NCBI RefSeq assembly: GCF_000025945.1
Contig: NC_006138.1
Location: forward strand, 1,860,001 to 1,892,000
DNA: 32,000 nucleotides
From: Desulfotalea psychrophila LSv54
GTDB taxonomy: Bacteria > Desulfobacterota > Desulfobulbia > Desulfobulbales > Desulfocapsaceae
Direction of reading: 5' to 3'
The translations under genes and the position numbers were made by a program. Each line of letters starts with the position of its first letter. Position 1 is the stretch's first letter. Positions 1-8,543 of this stretch are shown one piece after another. The notes below the pieces were generated by a model. The model was not told where the DNA came from and ran no database searches. It saw only the letters and a list, made by a program, of their open reading frames with translations.

Positions 1-1324
1 AACCATAGGTGATAATCTGGGCTACGTGTTCGGCGCCACCGTATTTACGGCGTACATAGTCGATGACCTCTCCGCGGCGATCCTGGCAAAAATCGATATC
101 AAAATCCGGCATGGACTTTCTTTCAATATTGAGAAATCTCTCAAAGATCAGTCCATAGGGCATGGGATCAATATTGGTGATCTTCATGGCGTAGGCGGCA
201 ATACTACCGGCACCGGAACCACGGCCGGGCCCTACGGGGATATCCTTGCTCTTGGCCCAGTTGATAAAGTCGGCCACGATAAGGAAGTAACCAGGAAAGC
301 CCATGGTATTGATAACATCAATCTCCATTTCAAGACGGGCCTTGTAGGTTTTTTCGGTATTGTCCTTATAGCTTCCCAGGGCGCGCATTTCCTCAAAACG
401 GGTCTCTAAACCCTCCCAACATGCGGTGGTGAACATGGTGGAGAGACTCTCTCCCTCGGGCACGGGAAAATTGGGAAAATAGTAGTCATCGAAGGTGAGC
501 TCAAGGTTGCATCTGTCGGCAATTTCCTGGGTGCTGGCGATGGCTTCCGGACAGTGATGAAAGGCCCGTTCCATCTCTTTGGGAGATTTAAAATAAAACT
601 CGTCGGAGGAGAAACGAAAACGATTGGTATCGTTTATAGTCTTACCCATCTGGATACAGAGCAGTACCTCATGGGCATGGGCCTCTTGCCGGTTGAGGTA
701 GTGACAATCGTTGGTGGCGACTAGTTTGACTCCCATCTCCTTTGCCAGGATTTTGAGTCCGGCATTTACCGGTTGCTGCTCAGCAATGCTGTTTTCCTGC
801 AACTCAAAGTAGAGACGATCACCAAATATATCATGGAGCTCCTGAGCCTTTTTCCGGGCCCCGTCCATATCACCCTTCATGATCAGATAGGGTACCTGAC
901 CGTGCAGACAGGCGGTGAGGGCAATGATTCCCTCGTTATATTCCTGCAACACGGCCATATCAATTCGTGGTTTATAGTAAAAACCGTCGGATTGGGCGAT
1001 ACTGGCCATCTTCATCAGGTTTTGATAACCTGTTTTGTTCATGGCCAGAAGGACGATATGGTAGGCTGTCTGCCCATTGATTTTTTTTTGCTCGCGCATA
1101 TCGCCGGGGGCAATATAGAGTTCACTGCCGACGATGGGTTTTATCCCTGCTTTTTTTGCCTTGGTGTAAAATTCCAGGGCACCATACATGGCCCCGTGGT
1201 CAGTGATGGCCACGCTGTCCATGCCAAATTCTTTGCATTTATCAATGAGATCGGGAAGACGGATGGCCCCGTCTAGAAGGCTGTATTGGGTATGGACATG
1301 AAGATGGGTAAAACCTGCACTCAT
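1..1324 (-). CDS. dnaE: DNA polymerase III alpha subunit, N-terminal part (PHP domain onward); partial, continues past the window edge
   Basis: Minus-strand translation from ATG 1324..1322 reads [73 protein letters not shown]... It stays open to position 1 through ...[47 protein letters not shown]... AGGAG lies 9 nt upstream of the ATG. It is absent from the ORF track because it runs off the window. Confidence 0.9.
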   Translation of the reverse strand, partial: MSAGFTHLHVHTQYSLLDGAIRLPDLIDKCKEFGMDSVAITDHGAMYGALEFYTKAKKAGIKPIVGSELYIAPGDMREQKKINGQTAYHIVLLAMNKTGYQNLMKMASIAQSDGFYYKPRIDMAVLQEYNEGIIALTACLHGQVPYLIMKGDMDGARKKAQELHDIFGDRLYFELQENSIAEQQPVNAGLKILAKEMGVKLVATNDCHYLNRQEAHAHEVLLCIQMGKTINDTNRFRFSSDEFYFKSPKEMERAFHHCPEAIASTQEIADRCNLELTFDDYYFPNFPVPEGESLSTMFTTACWEGLETRFEEMRALGSYKDNTEKTYKARLEMEIDVINTMGFPGYFLIVADFINWAKSKDIPVGPGRGSGAGSIAAYAMKITNIDPMPYGLIFERFLNIERKSMPDFDIDFCQDRRGEVIDYVRRKYGGAEHVAQIITYG

Positions 1325-1498
1325 TGGGTTTTGCTCCTGCAAAAAAGGTAAACTGGCCCTGCGGGCCTTGAAAAAACGGCTAGTATACAACACTCGCCAC
1401 GGCGAAAAAAGAGGCGAATTCTAAATAAATATTTAAGGTCTGTTTCTTCGTTGTAAGAGGCGGTAAAGATGGAATTAAATAAAAAGTATTTTTTGTCT

Positions 1499-1653
1499 GC
1501 AAAGAGGAGCTTATTTCCCTCCTTTCTGCCAACTAAAAATAATTTGTACGATTTTTGTACAAGGTGGAGATCACCTTTAGGGGCCTCTGCCCTGAGGATG
1601 GCCAGGAGAGAGGGGTATTCCACCTCCCTCCTGCTCTCAGCTACAACAGGCCT
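1499..1653 (-). other. Two extended imperfect hairpins in the spacer between the sulfite-reductase-like gene and dnaE (possible structured 3' UTR, leader or small RNA)
   Basis: Hairpin B: 1499-1509 GCAAAGAGGAG pairs with 1519-1529 CTCCTTTCTGC (10 of 11 pairs on the minus-strand RNA, including one G-U). Hairpin A spans about 1581-1653: 1604-1614 pairs with 1623-1633, where the single mismatch is G-U on the minus transcript but A-C on the plus transcript. It is flanked by CTGAG 1592-1596 pairing with CTCAG 1636-1640. Confidence 0.3.
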
Positions 1654-1664
1654 CCATTTGTAAA

Positions 1665-2327
1665 TTATGCGAGAACCTGTTTTTTAAACTCTTCAATACC
1701 AATACGCTCGATGAAGCGGGCTGTTCGTTCCCGTTTCTTAGAGTTATCCAAATAGTATTGGACACATTTTTCCATGAGGGCGAGGAGTGCTTCGTCATTT
1801 AAATCTTCGGCAATAAGGTCAGAAATACGGGCCTGTCTTCCGGAGTGACCGCCAAAAAAGAGGGACCAGCCACTCTTCTTACCGGTAATACCAATATCGC
1901 GGACAGATCCTTCGGCGCAGGTAAAAGGACAGCCGGAAACACCAACCTTCAATTTGGCAGGAAAATCACGTCCGGCCAGGAGCTCTTCAATGTGCTGACC
2001 AAAACCAAGGGCATCCTGAACACCAAATTTACAGAGGGTGGTACCAGGACATGCCTGTACATAGTGGAGGCAGAGTTCGGTGGCCTTGCCTGGCTCAAAG
2101 CCCAGGTCGCTGTAAATCTCGTCAATTTGTTCTTCTTTCATCCCAACCAGGGCGAGACGCTGACCAGAGGTGACTTTGACAATGGGAATATTATGCTTTT
2201 CTACCACGTCGGCCAGCTTTCGCAGTTGCTCAGGGCTGATAACTCCGGCGGGAATACGTGGAACGATGGCATAGCTCTGTTTATCTCGCTGTATAATAGC
2301 CCCTTTGAGTGAACTTTTTTCTGCCAT
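1665..2327 (-). CDS. Small nitrite/sulfite reductase-family protein (siroheme/[4Fe-4S] type, like the low-molecular-weight assimilatory-type sulfite reductases of sulfate reducers)
   Basis: 220 aa. CPGTTLC (C-x5-C) and CPFTC (C-x3-C) form the four-cysteine cluster typical of siroheme-[4Fe-4S] reductases. AAGGAG lies 7 nt upstream of the ATG at 2327. Confidence 0.78.
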   Translation of the reverse strand: MAEKSSLKGAIIQRDKQSYAIVPRIPAGVISPEQLRKLADVVEKHNIPIVKVTSGQRLALVGMKEEQIDEIYSDLGFEPGKATELCLHYVQACPGTTLCKFGVQDALGFGQHIEELLAGRDFPAKLKVGVSGCPFTCAEGSVRDIGITGKKSGWSLFFGGHSGRQARISDLIAEDLNDEALLALMEKCVQYYLDNSKKRERTARFIERIGIEEFKKQVLA

Positions 2328-2427
2328 TTTTTATCTCCTTACCTGTTATTTTTGGTTGTATCGCCAATCTGGCGAAAAATTATTATATAATTCTGAATAG
2401 TCATTCTTCTCTACACCTTTTTTATTA

Positions 2428-3375
2428 TTAAAAAACGGGTTTGTAATCAAAAAAGTGTCTTGTCTCAAGCTTTCTGTATGTATGGGTCTCGGCCCGGGCG
2501 ATAAAAGAAGAGGTGATGGCCCCGTTTGGGGTAAATCGGACCCCCTCTAAAAACTCGCCATCGGTGACACCAGTTGCGGCAATGGCAATTTCGTGACTTC
2601 TAATAAGGTCTTCCAAACGAAATATTTTGTCAAAGTCCGTGATGCCATGGCACTCTGCGGCAGCCCTGTCCCGGTCGTTTTCATAGAAGATTTTTCCTTC
2701 AAAATATCCTCCCATACAACCCACGGCGGCGGCGATTAGTGCGCCTTCGGGGGCATAGCCATAACCAATATAAATATCAGATTTTTCTCCTGTGATGGCA
2801 GAGAGGCATCCTGAAATCTCTCCCTCATCGATCAGTTTGATTCGGGCACCGCACTTACGTATCTCTTCGATGAGCTGTTGGTGCCGTGGCTGGTTGAGTA
2901 CGCAGACAGTCATGTTCTCGGTGTATTTGCCAAGGGCTCGGGCGCATCTCTTAATGTTAACAGTGGGGGACTGGTTAATATCGACAACCTTGCCAATTCT
3001 GGGGCCAACCACAATTTTGTACATGCCTAGGTTGGGTAGGGTTTGGATGGAACCTCGTTTGCCAATGACTGCATAGGCCGTGGCGTTGTTTTTGCCGTCT
3101 GCCGCCGAGTGGTGCGCCTCAAGGGCAATGGCCATAAGATCTGTCACCTGCTCACCGACACCGATGGTCTCTGGTAGGGGCCGGATATCCGGGCTGGTGG
3201 CAAATCTGTCGTTGACCACATGGCCGCAGACGTTAAGACGGCTCAGTGTCTTGGTGATGGCCTCTCGCGCCTGATTGAGAATGTCTATATGGTTGCCGAG
3301 TCCCTGAATACGGGCCGCGGTGAGTGCCGCAATTTCTGTGGCCCTTACGATCTCCATCCCATAGTTTTTATTCAT
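2428..3375 (-). CDS. GlpX-like protein (class II fructose-1,6-bisphosphatase family) with a divergent N-terminal metal-binding region
   Basis: 315 aa, nearly ungapped against my recollection of E. coli GlpX. Matches: VLNQPRHQQLIEEIRKCGARI to ILAKPRHDAVIAEMQQLGVRV, GYGYAPEG to GIGGAPEG, ATGVTDGEFLEGV to ATGITKGDLLEGI. DLMAIALEAH replaces DIAVDPIEGT. The start lies 15 nt after the fbp stop. Confidence 0.8.
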   Translation of the reverse strand: MNKNYGMEIVRATEIAALTAARIQGLGNHIDILNQAREAITKTLSRLNVCGHVVNDRFATSPDIRPLPETIGVGEQVTDLMAIALEAHHSAADGKNNATAYAVIGKRGSIQTLPNLGMYKIVVGPRIGKVVDINQSPTVNIKRCARALGKYTENMTVCVLNQPRHQQLIEEIRKCGARIKLIDEGEISGCLSAITGEKSDIYIGYGYAPEGALIAAAVGCMGGYFEGKIFYENDRDRAAAECHGITDFDKIFRLEDLIRSHEIAIAATGVTDGEFLEGVRFTPNGAITSSFIARAETHTYRKLETRHFFDYKPVF

Positions 3376-3390
3376 TGTTCTGCTCGCTTT

Positions 3391-5208
3391 TTAGTTTATA
3401 TCTGAGTCGCGGTTCTGACTGTTGTAAGACTGGATTTTTCCCATTATCAGGTCTCGCTCCTGCTGCAGGAGCTTGCCGGCAATGGTGTTTTTTATCTTGA
3501 GAGGCTGTGGAAATTCATCAATAAATTCAATGTCAAGTGGTGCCGGTTCAAGCCTTACCGCAGCCTTTATCAACTCGTCCGGGGTAGGGAGGATAATGCC
3601 ATAGAGCTGGTGCGGGGTATGAACCAGGGCATGGCCACGATTATAGTAGGCGGCGGCAAAACCTCCATCGACATTAATGGCCACCCCGTCTTCACTGGCC
3701 ATTTTATTTCCCTGCATATAGTTAACAGGGGTATGGCCGAAGATCACTCTCTGGATGCCAAATTCCTCCTGCATTTTTTCTTTGAAGGCATCGCTTTGCA
3801 TATTTTTTTGCCAGTAGAGGGAGTGCTCCGCATGTCGCTCCTTATCGAGGAGGAAATAGCGTTCAAAGGTCTTCATGGCATGTTTGCCAAAAAAAGGTGA
3901 TTTAGGTCCGCACCAGAGGTAGAAGAAGAGGGCTAGATCATCGGCACTCTGTTCCCGGTTATAGAGATAGTTTTGCCCTGTTCGTCTTATGACCTTTTGA
4001 ATATAGTCAAGCAGGTCCTTGCCCTTATGGCCCATGAACTCTTCAAATTCGCCTTCCTTGGTTGACGGTACCAGGGCGTGGATATTTAAGAAATTATTAC
4101 TGATATGATAGGTGCTGCCCTCTTCAAAGAAGAACTTGAGGAGACGTTTGAGGTATTTATTGGAGCGAAACTGTTCTATCAGATCATTGATGATTTCGCT
4201 CTCCTCCTTGCTCAGTTTGCTGGGGTTTTCAAGGTCAATGGTTGGGAAATCGCTGTCGTTGAGTTCCTCTGTCGCGCCTGTTTTGAGCATTTCTGCCAGT
4301 CTCTCCAGCCACAGACGTTTTTCCATACCATAGTGGGGGAAGTCGTTGATCAGTTTCTCTTCAAGTTTGAATTGAATGACGGTGAGCGCCTTTTCCATGG
4401 CCCGACCACGATCGGTTTTGGCCTTGAATTTTCCCGTGGCCTTTTTGATTTCATAGGTGCGCTCGGCAAATTCAGCGAGCCTACTGGTATCAAAGCGCAG
4501 GCGGTTGAGTAGTCTGAAGTGGTCGTAGCGACAGGTGATGCGCAGAGTTTCTGCCACCAGCGACGGGGTGCCTGCTGCCGCTCCCATCCAGAGAATATCA
4601 TGGTTGCCAAAGACATAGTCCACCATCTCTTTATAGGCAGGTGAGGAGAGGATGCGGATGATTTTGTCGGGTTGTGAACCACGGTCAAAGACGTCCCCAA
4701 GTACTTGAATACGATCAAGGAGTACCTGGCGAATGGCATAGCTGAGATGAAAGATGAGGCGATCGGAGATAATACTCTCTTCAAAGATGGGGTCAGGAAC
4801 CGGCAGACCTGCCAGCAGGCGGCCGATGGTCTCTCGGAATTCTGGCAAGAATATCTCGCGGTTACGGTTTGTAGAGTTTGTCAGCTTATATTTGAGTATT
4901 TGGACAAAGCAGAGGATGACATCCTGTCTATCCATCTGTTGTTGGCTGTCCGCAAAATAATTTTTTTTACGAACTATTTTGGCAAGATACTGTATTTTTT
5001 CAGGCGTAAAGGTGGCAGGTAAACCTTCTTTGCAGGTTTGGTAGAGCATGCCAAAACGACCGCGCAGAATGGATTTAAAACGATCTCCTTCGCCGTGGAG
5101 ATCGCTGATCCACAGGGTTGTGGGGATGTTTGCATTGAGCTCTGTTTCGATCCTTAGGAGTTTTTGTGAGAGTTTATCTATCTCGGTGATACAAATTTTT
5201 TCGGCCAT
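3391..5208 (-). CDS. fbp: Fructose-1,6-bisphosphatase class 3 (Bacillus Fbp/YydE type, metallophosphoesterase fold)
   Basis: 605 aa. Contains [41 protein letters not shown] and INVDGGF. Colinear with B. subtilis Fbp as I recall it. GGAG lies 7 nt upstream of the ATG at 5208. Confidence 0.9.
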
Positions 5209-5319
5209 GCTATCTCCGTCAGCGGGTAAAGAGAACGATTGTTTTGCACGTTATGCAGAATCAGGGGGTTGCTCATTGTATTAAAGGGAACCTTGAAAAC
5301 ACCAGTTTTTCAGGCCATC

Positions 5320-6444
5320 TTAAATATAAATCAGTTGATATTTACGGGAGCCCAGACCGATTTTTTCGGCATAATCAAGGCCCATATCCTTTGGTACTTT
5401 ATCGTGGATTGCGGTGAATTTGCACTCTCCTACCCGATAGTTCTCTGGCAGCTTGTGCATGGCGCTTGGAATAATAGGTGCTTGGTCAGCCATATCAATA
5501 CAGGCCTGGTCAAGGGCCACAGGGTCAGCACTGGCAAAGATACCCAAATCTGGACAGATGGGGGCATCTGACCAGGAGAGACAGTCACACTCCGGGGTAA
5601 TATTTATCGCAAAATTAATAAAAAGCGAGGGGCTTTTTTTTGTTTTAAGTACAGCCAGGGCGTACTCCATCATCTTTTCCAGAAACTCTTGGATGCCTGT
5701 CTCCCAGTTGACCTGAAGGGCACCGGTCTTGCAGGCAAGAAGGCAGGCACCGCAACCAACGCAGAGCTGGTCGTCTACCTGAATTTTTTTATTGCTATCA
5801 AGGGAGAGGGCTCCATGTTGGCAGAGTTCCATACAGAGACCACAGCCAACACATTTATGCACATTTCCTTTGGGGCCGGAGGTGCAGTGTTGTTGCATTT
5901 TTCCCCGTTTAGAGGCGCAACCCATGCCGATATTCTTCAGGGCACCACCGTAGCCGGCAAGGCCATGGCCTTTAAAGTGACTGATGGCGACAAGATGGTC
6001 TGCCCTAGCAATGTCTGAGGCAATATAGGTCTGCTTGAAATGGCTGTTTTTATGGGGCTCTGAGTTGACGATCACTTCGCTTTCACCTCGCAGACCATCG
6101 GCAATAATGACCGGCGCCCCGAGCAGGAGGGGATCAAAACCATTGAGGGCTGCACACATCTGGTGGTCTGGGGCATTGCCTCTCTCGCCTGTGTAGAGGG
6201 TTGAGGTATCGGTGAGAAATGGCTTGGCACCCGCCTTTTTATAGTAGGAAATAATTGGCTTGAGCCAGATTGGGCGGAGAAAGGTGGTATTGCCAAGTTC
6301 TCCGAAATGGACCTTCAGAGCGGTTAAGTCGCCGGAGGCTATATGTTCCGTTGCCTTTGTTGTTTTTAGAATCTTTCTTATTCTATTATTAAAGGGCGCC
6401 TTTATTGATGCACGCATATTCCAAAAATAGACCTTGCTTGACAT
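5320..6444 (-). CDS. DUF362-family iron-sulfur protein with an inserted 2x[4Fe-4S] ferredoxin module
   Basis: The track ORF starts at 6525, but the ATG at 6444 (MSSKVYFWNMRAS...) has GGAGG 5 nt upstream. Two ferredoxin motifs are present: CVGCGLCMELC and CVGCGACLLAC. The DUF362-like ends include ...ITPECDCLSW.... Confidence 0.8.
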   Translation of the reverse strand: MSSKVYFWNMRASIKAPFNNRIRKILKTTKATEHIASGDLTALKVHFGELGNTTFLRPIWLKPIISYYKKAGAKPFLTDTSTLYTGERGNAPDHQMCAALNGFDPLLLGAPVIIADGLRGESEVIVNSEPHKNSHFKQTYIASDIARADHLVAISHFKGHGLAGYGGALKNIGMGCASKRGKMQQHCTSGPKGNVHKCVGCGLCMELCQHGALSLDSNKKIQVDDQLCVGCGACLLACKTGALQVNWETGIQEFLEKMMEYALAVLKTKKSPSLFINFAINITPECDCLSWSDAPICPDLGIFASADPVALDQACIDMADQAPIIPSAMHKLPENYRVGECKFTAIHDKVPKDMGLDYAEKIGLGSRKYQLIYI

Positions 6445-6527
6445 AATTACCTCCGGGAAAACATGAAAACTGCCATCGATTTTGTGATAAAGGCACCCTA
6501 TAGAACGTATGGCCCTGTGATGCAACC

Positions 6528-6567
6528 AAAAAAACCTCCAAAGTGCAGAGCACTCTGAAGGTTTTTT
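6528..6567 (-). terminator. Rho-independent terminator downstream of desulfoferrodoxin (A-run and T-run on both sides, so possibly bidirectional)
   Basis: On the minus strand CCTTCAGAGTGC (6561-6550) pairs with GCACTTTGGAGG (6546-6535), with two G-U pairs and a 3-nt loop. A T7 run follows. It lies 25 nt after the dfx stop. Confidence 0.55.
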
Positions 6568-6591
6568 ATTTGTTTATCTGCAAGATGTCTT

Positions 6592-6966
6592 TTATGCCTT
6601 CCAAAGCCCATGCAGGTTGCAGTAGGCGCGAAACTGAACGTCTCCTTCGACAGCCGGAAAACATGCCTTGGGGGTGCTACCCGGTTTGAGGTGAACGCGA
6701 TATACCTTATCTTCTGCCAGCATCTCAATCCATTCGATAAAATGATCTTCAGTCATGGGATGAAGGGTGCTGCCGACCTGTACTACCCAACCACAATCCT
6801 TTTTCTCTGCTACCGGCACGTGTTTTTCAACAGCCGCATCGGTGGTGTTTTCGCTAAGAAGAACCATGTTCTCTCCACAGCAGGCCAATGCTCCGGCGCC
6901 TGGGGTCAATATCTCAACGATGTTACCACAGAGCTCACATTTGTAGATTTGTTTCATTTCAGGCAT
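6592..6966 (-). CDS. dfx: Desulfoferrodoxin (2Fe superoxide reductase)
   Basis: 124 aa. N-terminal desulforedoxin-like C-x2-C...CC motif (YKCELCGNIVEIL...ACCGENM). Neelaredoxin-type centre II region (EKHVPV, HPM, IEWIE, YCNLHGLWKA). AGGAG lies 6 nt upstream. Confidence 0.92.
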   Translation of the reverse strand: MPEMKQIYKCELCGNIVEILTPGAGALACCGENMVLLSENTTDAAVEKHVPVAEKKDCGWVVQVGSTLHPMTEDHFIEWIEMLAEDKVYRVHLKPGSTPKACFPAVEGDVQFRAYCNLHGLWKA

Positions 6967-7041
6967 AGAACGCTCCTATTTTATTCGGTTACGATTTTAA
7001 TGGATAGCTACAAGACATTTTTGAAAAAATATTTACCAACA

Positions 7042-7056
7042 CATCATTATATGATG
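7042..7056. promoter_or_regulatory. Perfect 6-3-6 palindrome CATCAT-TAT-ATGATG in the dfx/DOMON divergent promoter region (candidate Fur-family-like operator)
   Basis: Read directly from the sequence. It lies 76-90 nt upstream of the dfx start codon in an AT-rich spacer. Confidence 0.3.
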
Positions 7057-7147
7057 AAAAAAATACATTGCATAGTTTTGTCAGAAAATATTCTAAAAAT
7101 GTCTGGTTGGCCAATGCTATTTTCGTTAGTCCCATTTATTGACTTCT

Positions 7148-7160
7148 ATATGGCCCATAT
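7148..7160. promoter_or_regulatory. Perfect 6-1-6 palindrome ATATGG-C-CCATAT upstream of the DOMON gene (candidate operator)
   Basis: Read directly from the sequence. It lies 50-62 nt upstream of the ATG at 7210. Confidence 0.25.
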
Positions 7161-7209
7161 GAGAAAATTCGGAAGTGATGAGATTATTTTAACCAATGGG
7201 GAGGGAGTT

Positions 7210-7743
7210 ATGAGATTTTTTTTATCCGTCTGTGCTCTATTTTTATTTCTGGGCACATCTGTCTACGCAGGTGAGTACCCGCATAGGATAAAAACTTCGG
7301 AAATGGAGTTTTCCTGGCGACTTGATGCAGATCGCCTCTATGTTAATCTTTCGGCTTTCACTAAAAGTTGGGTAGGGATCGGTTTTAATCCGGTGAAGAA
7401 GATGAAGGGGGCAAATTTTATTCTGGGTCATGTGGAAAATGGTGTCTTGAAATTGGTGGATGAGGTGGGGACCGGTCTGACCCGTCATCAAAATGATAAT
7501 CTCTTTGGTGGGGGGATGGATGTGACAGCCATCGCCGGGAGCCTGGTTAATGGTAGGACGAATATTGAGTTTTCGCTCCCCCTTCAGTCAGGAGATATAA
7601 ATGATAGTGAGATAAACAGTAGGGGAGAGAACATTATCCTTCTGGCCCATGGCTGGAAGATGAACAACCTGCGAAAAAAACACAGCTATAGGGCTAAATT
7701 TAAGGTAAATCTGCAAACAGGAAAGTATGTAAAATTATTATGA
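7210..7743 (+). CDS. Secreted DOMON-domain protein
   Basis: The true start is inside track ORF 6610..7743. ATG 7210 is preceded by GGGGAGGGAG and opens a signal peptide, MRFFLSVCALFLFLGTSVYA/GE. The body (WVGIGFNP..KMKGANFILGHV...TNIEFSLPL...ILLAHG) looks like a DOMON beta-sandwich. The upstream 200 codons of the track ORF are antisense to dfx. Confidence 0.72.
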   Translation: MRFFLSVCALFLFLGTSVYAGEYPHRIKTSEMEFSWRLDADRLYVNLSAFTKSWVGIGFNPVKKMKGANFILGHVENGVLKLVDEVGTGLTRHQNDNLFGGGMDVTAIAGSLVNGRTNIEFSLPLQSGDINDSEINSRGENIILLAHGWKMNNLRKKHSYRAKFKVNLQTGKYVKLL

Positions 7744-7795
7744 GTGAGCGCCATTAGGGCGTAATGTAAAGTAAAGTAAAGAGTAGGGTGGTGCT

Positions 7796-7930
7796 GTGGG
7801 AAAAAAGGAAAAGAAGAAGTGTTGCGGTAAGTTCGAAAAAAAGGGCAAGTACTGTAAGAACTGTCCCTGTCTTGTCGATGCTCAGTGCGCCTGCACTGAG
7901 AAAAAGAAAAAAAACAAAAAAAAGGAGTAG
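7796..7930 (+). CDS. Candidate small Lys/Cys-rich protein (44 aa), translationally coupled to ferritin
   Basis: GTG 7796 to TAG 7928-7930 translates as (M)GKKEKKKCCGKFEKKGKYCKNCPCLVDAQCACTEKKKKNKKKE, with 7 Cys and 19 Lys. An in-frame TAG at 7784-7786 closes the frame upstream. GGGTGG lies 5-10 nt upstream. Its last codons AAG GAG TAG form the ferritin SD, 6 nt before ATG 7937. It is below the 60-aa cutoff of the track. Confidence 0.4.
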   Translation: MGKKEKKKCCGKFEKKGKYCKNCPCLVDAQCACTEKKKKNKKKE

Positions 7931-7936
7931 TTTCCT

Positions 7937-8446
7937 ATGATTAGTAAAAAAGTAAATCATGCCCTTAATGTTCAAATCAACGCTGAGTTTTTTTCATCTT
8001 ATCTCTATCTCTCGATGTCAGCTTGGCTTGGCAGTAAAAATTTGACGGGATTTTCCTCATGGATGCGTGCCCAGGCCCAGGAAGAACTTTTTCATGCGAC
8101 CAAGATGTATGATTATGTTATTGAGCGTGGCGGTGAGGTAGAGCTTTTTACCATTGAACAACCGAAGAGTGTTTGGACATCTGCTTCTGAGGTGATGAGT
8201 GACGTGGTCGATCATGAGGCTAAAGTGACCGGTATGATTAATGATTTGCTGGATGTTTCCATCGAGGAACGCGATCACGCAGCGAGCATATTTCTCCAGT
8301 GGTTTGTGGCGGAGCAGGTAGAAGAGGAGGCCACCGTTGGCGGTGTTTTTGAGAAAATGAAACTCATTGGTGGTGATACGGCCGGACTCTTTGTCCTGGA
8401 TGTTGAACTGGCTAAACGTCAGTTTGTCCCACCGGTTGCGGGCTAA
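7937..8446 (+). CDS. ftn: Non-heme ferritin
   Basis: 169 aa. Ferroxidase-centre pattern: NAEFFSSYLY, QEELFHA, DHEAKV, WFVAEQVEEE. AAGGAG lies upstream. Confidence 0.9.
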   Translation: MISKKVNHALNVQINAEFFSSYLYLSMSAWLGSKNLTGFSSWMRAQAQEELFHATKMYDYVIERGGEVELFTIEQPKSVWTSASEVMSDVVDHEAKVTGMINDLLDVSIEERDHAASIFLQWFVAEQVEEEATVGGVFEKMKLIGGDTAGLFVLDVELAKRQFVPPVAG

Positions 8447-8543
8447 TAGGCATTTTAAAGAGGATGGAGCCTGCAAATTCCGGGGCTCTGTCCGAATGAG
8501 AAAAGAGGCTTCAGTGATTTTTTAAGGATTTACGGAGAAACGC

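Noticed and set aside
1543-1562. A direct repeat of TTTGTAC with 11-nt periodicity that overlaps the TTGTACAA palindrome. I briefly considered it as a GTAC-N7-GTAC LexA-like box upstream of dnaE.
   Set aside because: It does not match any LexA consensus I know. It sits more than 220 nt from the dnaE start, and replicative dnaE is not a typical SOS gene.
6610-7209. The first 200 codons of the 377-aa plus-strand track ORF 6610..7743.
   Set aside because: This part lies entirely antisense to the well-supported desulfoferrodoxin gene and the promoter spacer. A signal peptide with a strong SD begins at 7210, so only 7210..7743 is credible.
7761-7780. A pentamer micro-repeat, GTAAT GTAAA GTAAA GTAAA, between the DOMON stop and the micro-ORF.
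   Set aside because: It has only four units, no flanking structure and no second copy that I could find. It is likely just AT-rich promoter sequence.
7754-7975. A 73-aa hydrophobic minus-strand ORF (FFVFFLFL...) spanning the ferritin start.
   Set aside because: Its Phe/Leu richness is the reverse complement of the A-rich Lys codons of the plus-strand micro-ORF. It overlaps the ferritin start and SD, and it uses a TTG start with no SD.
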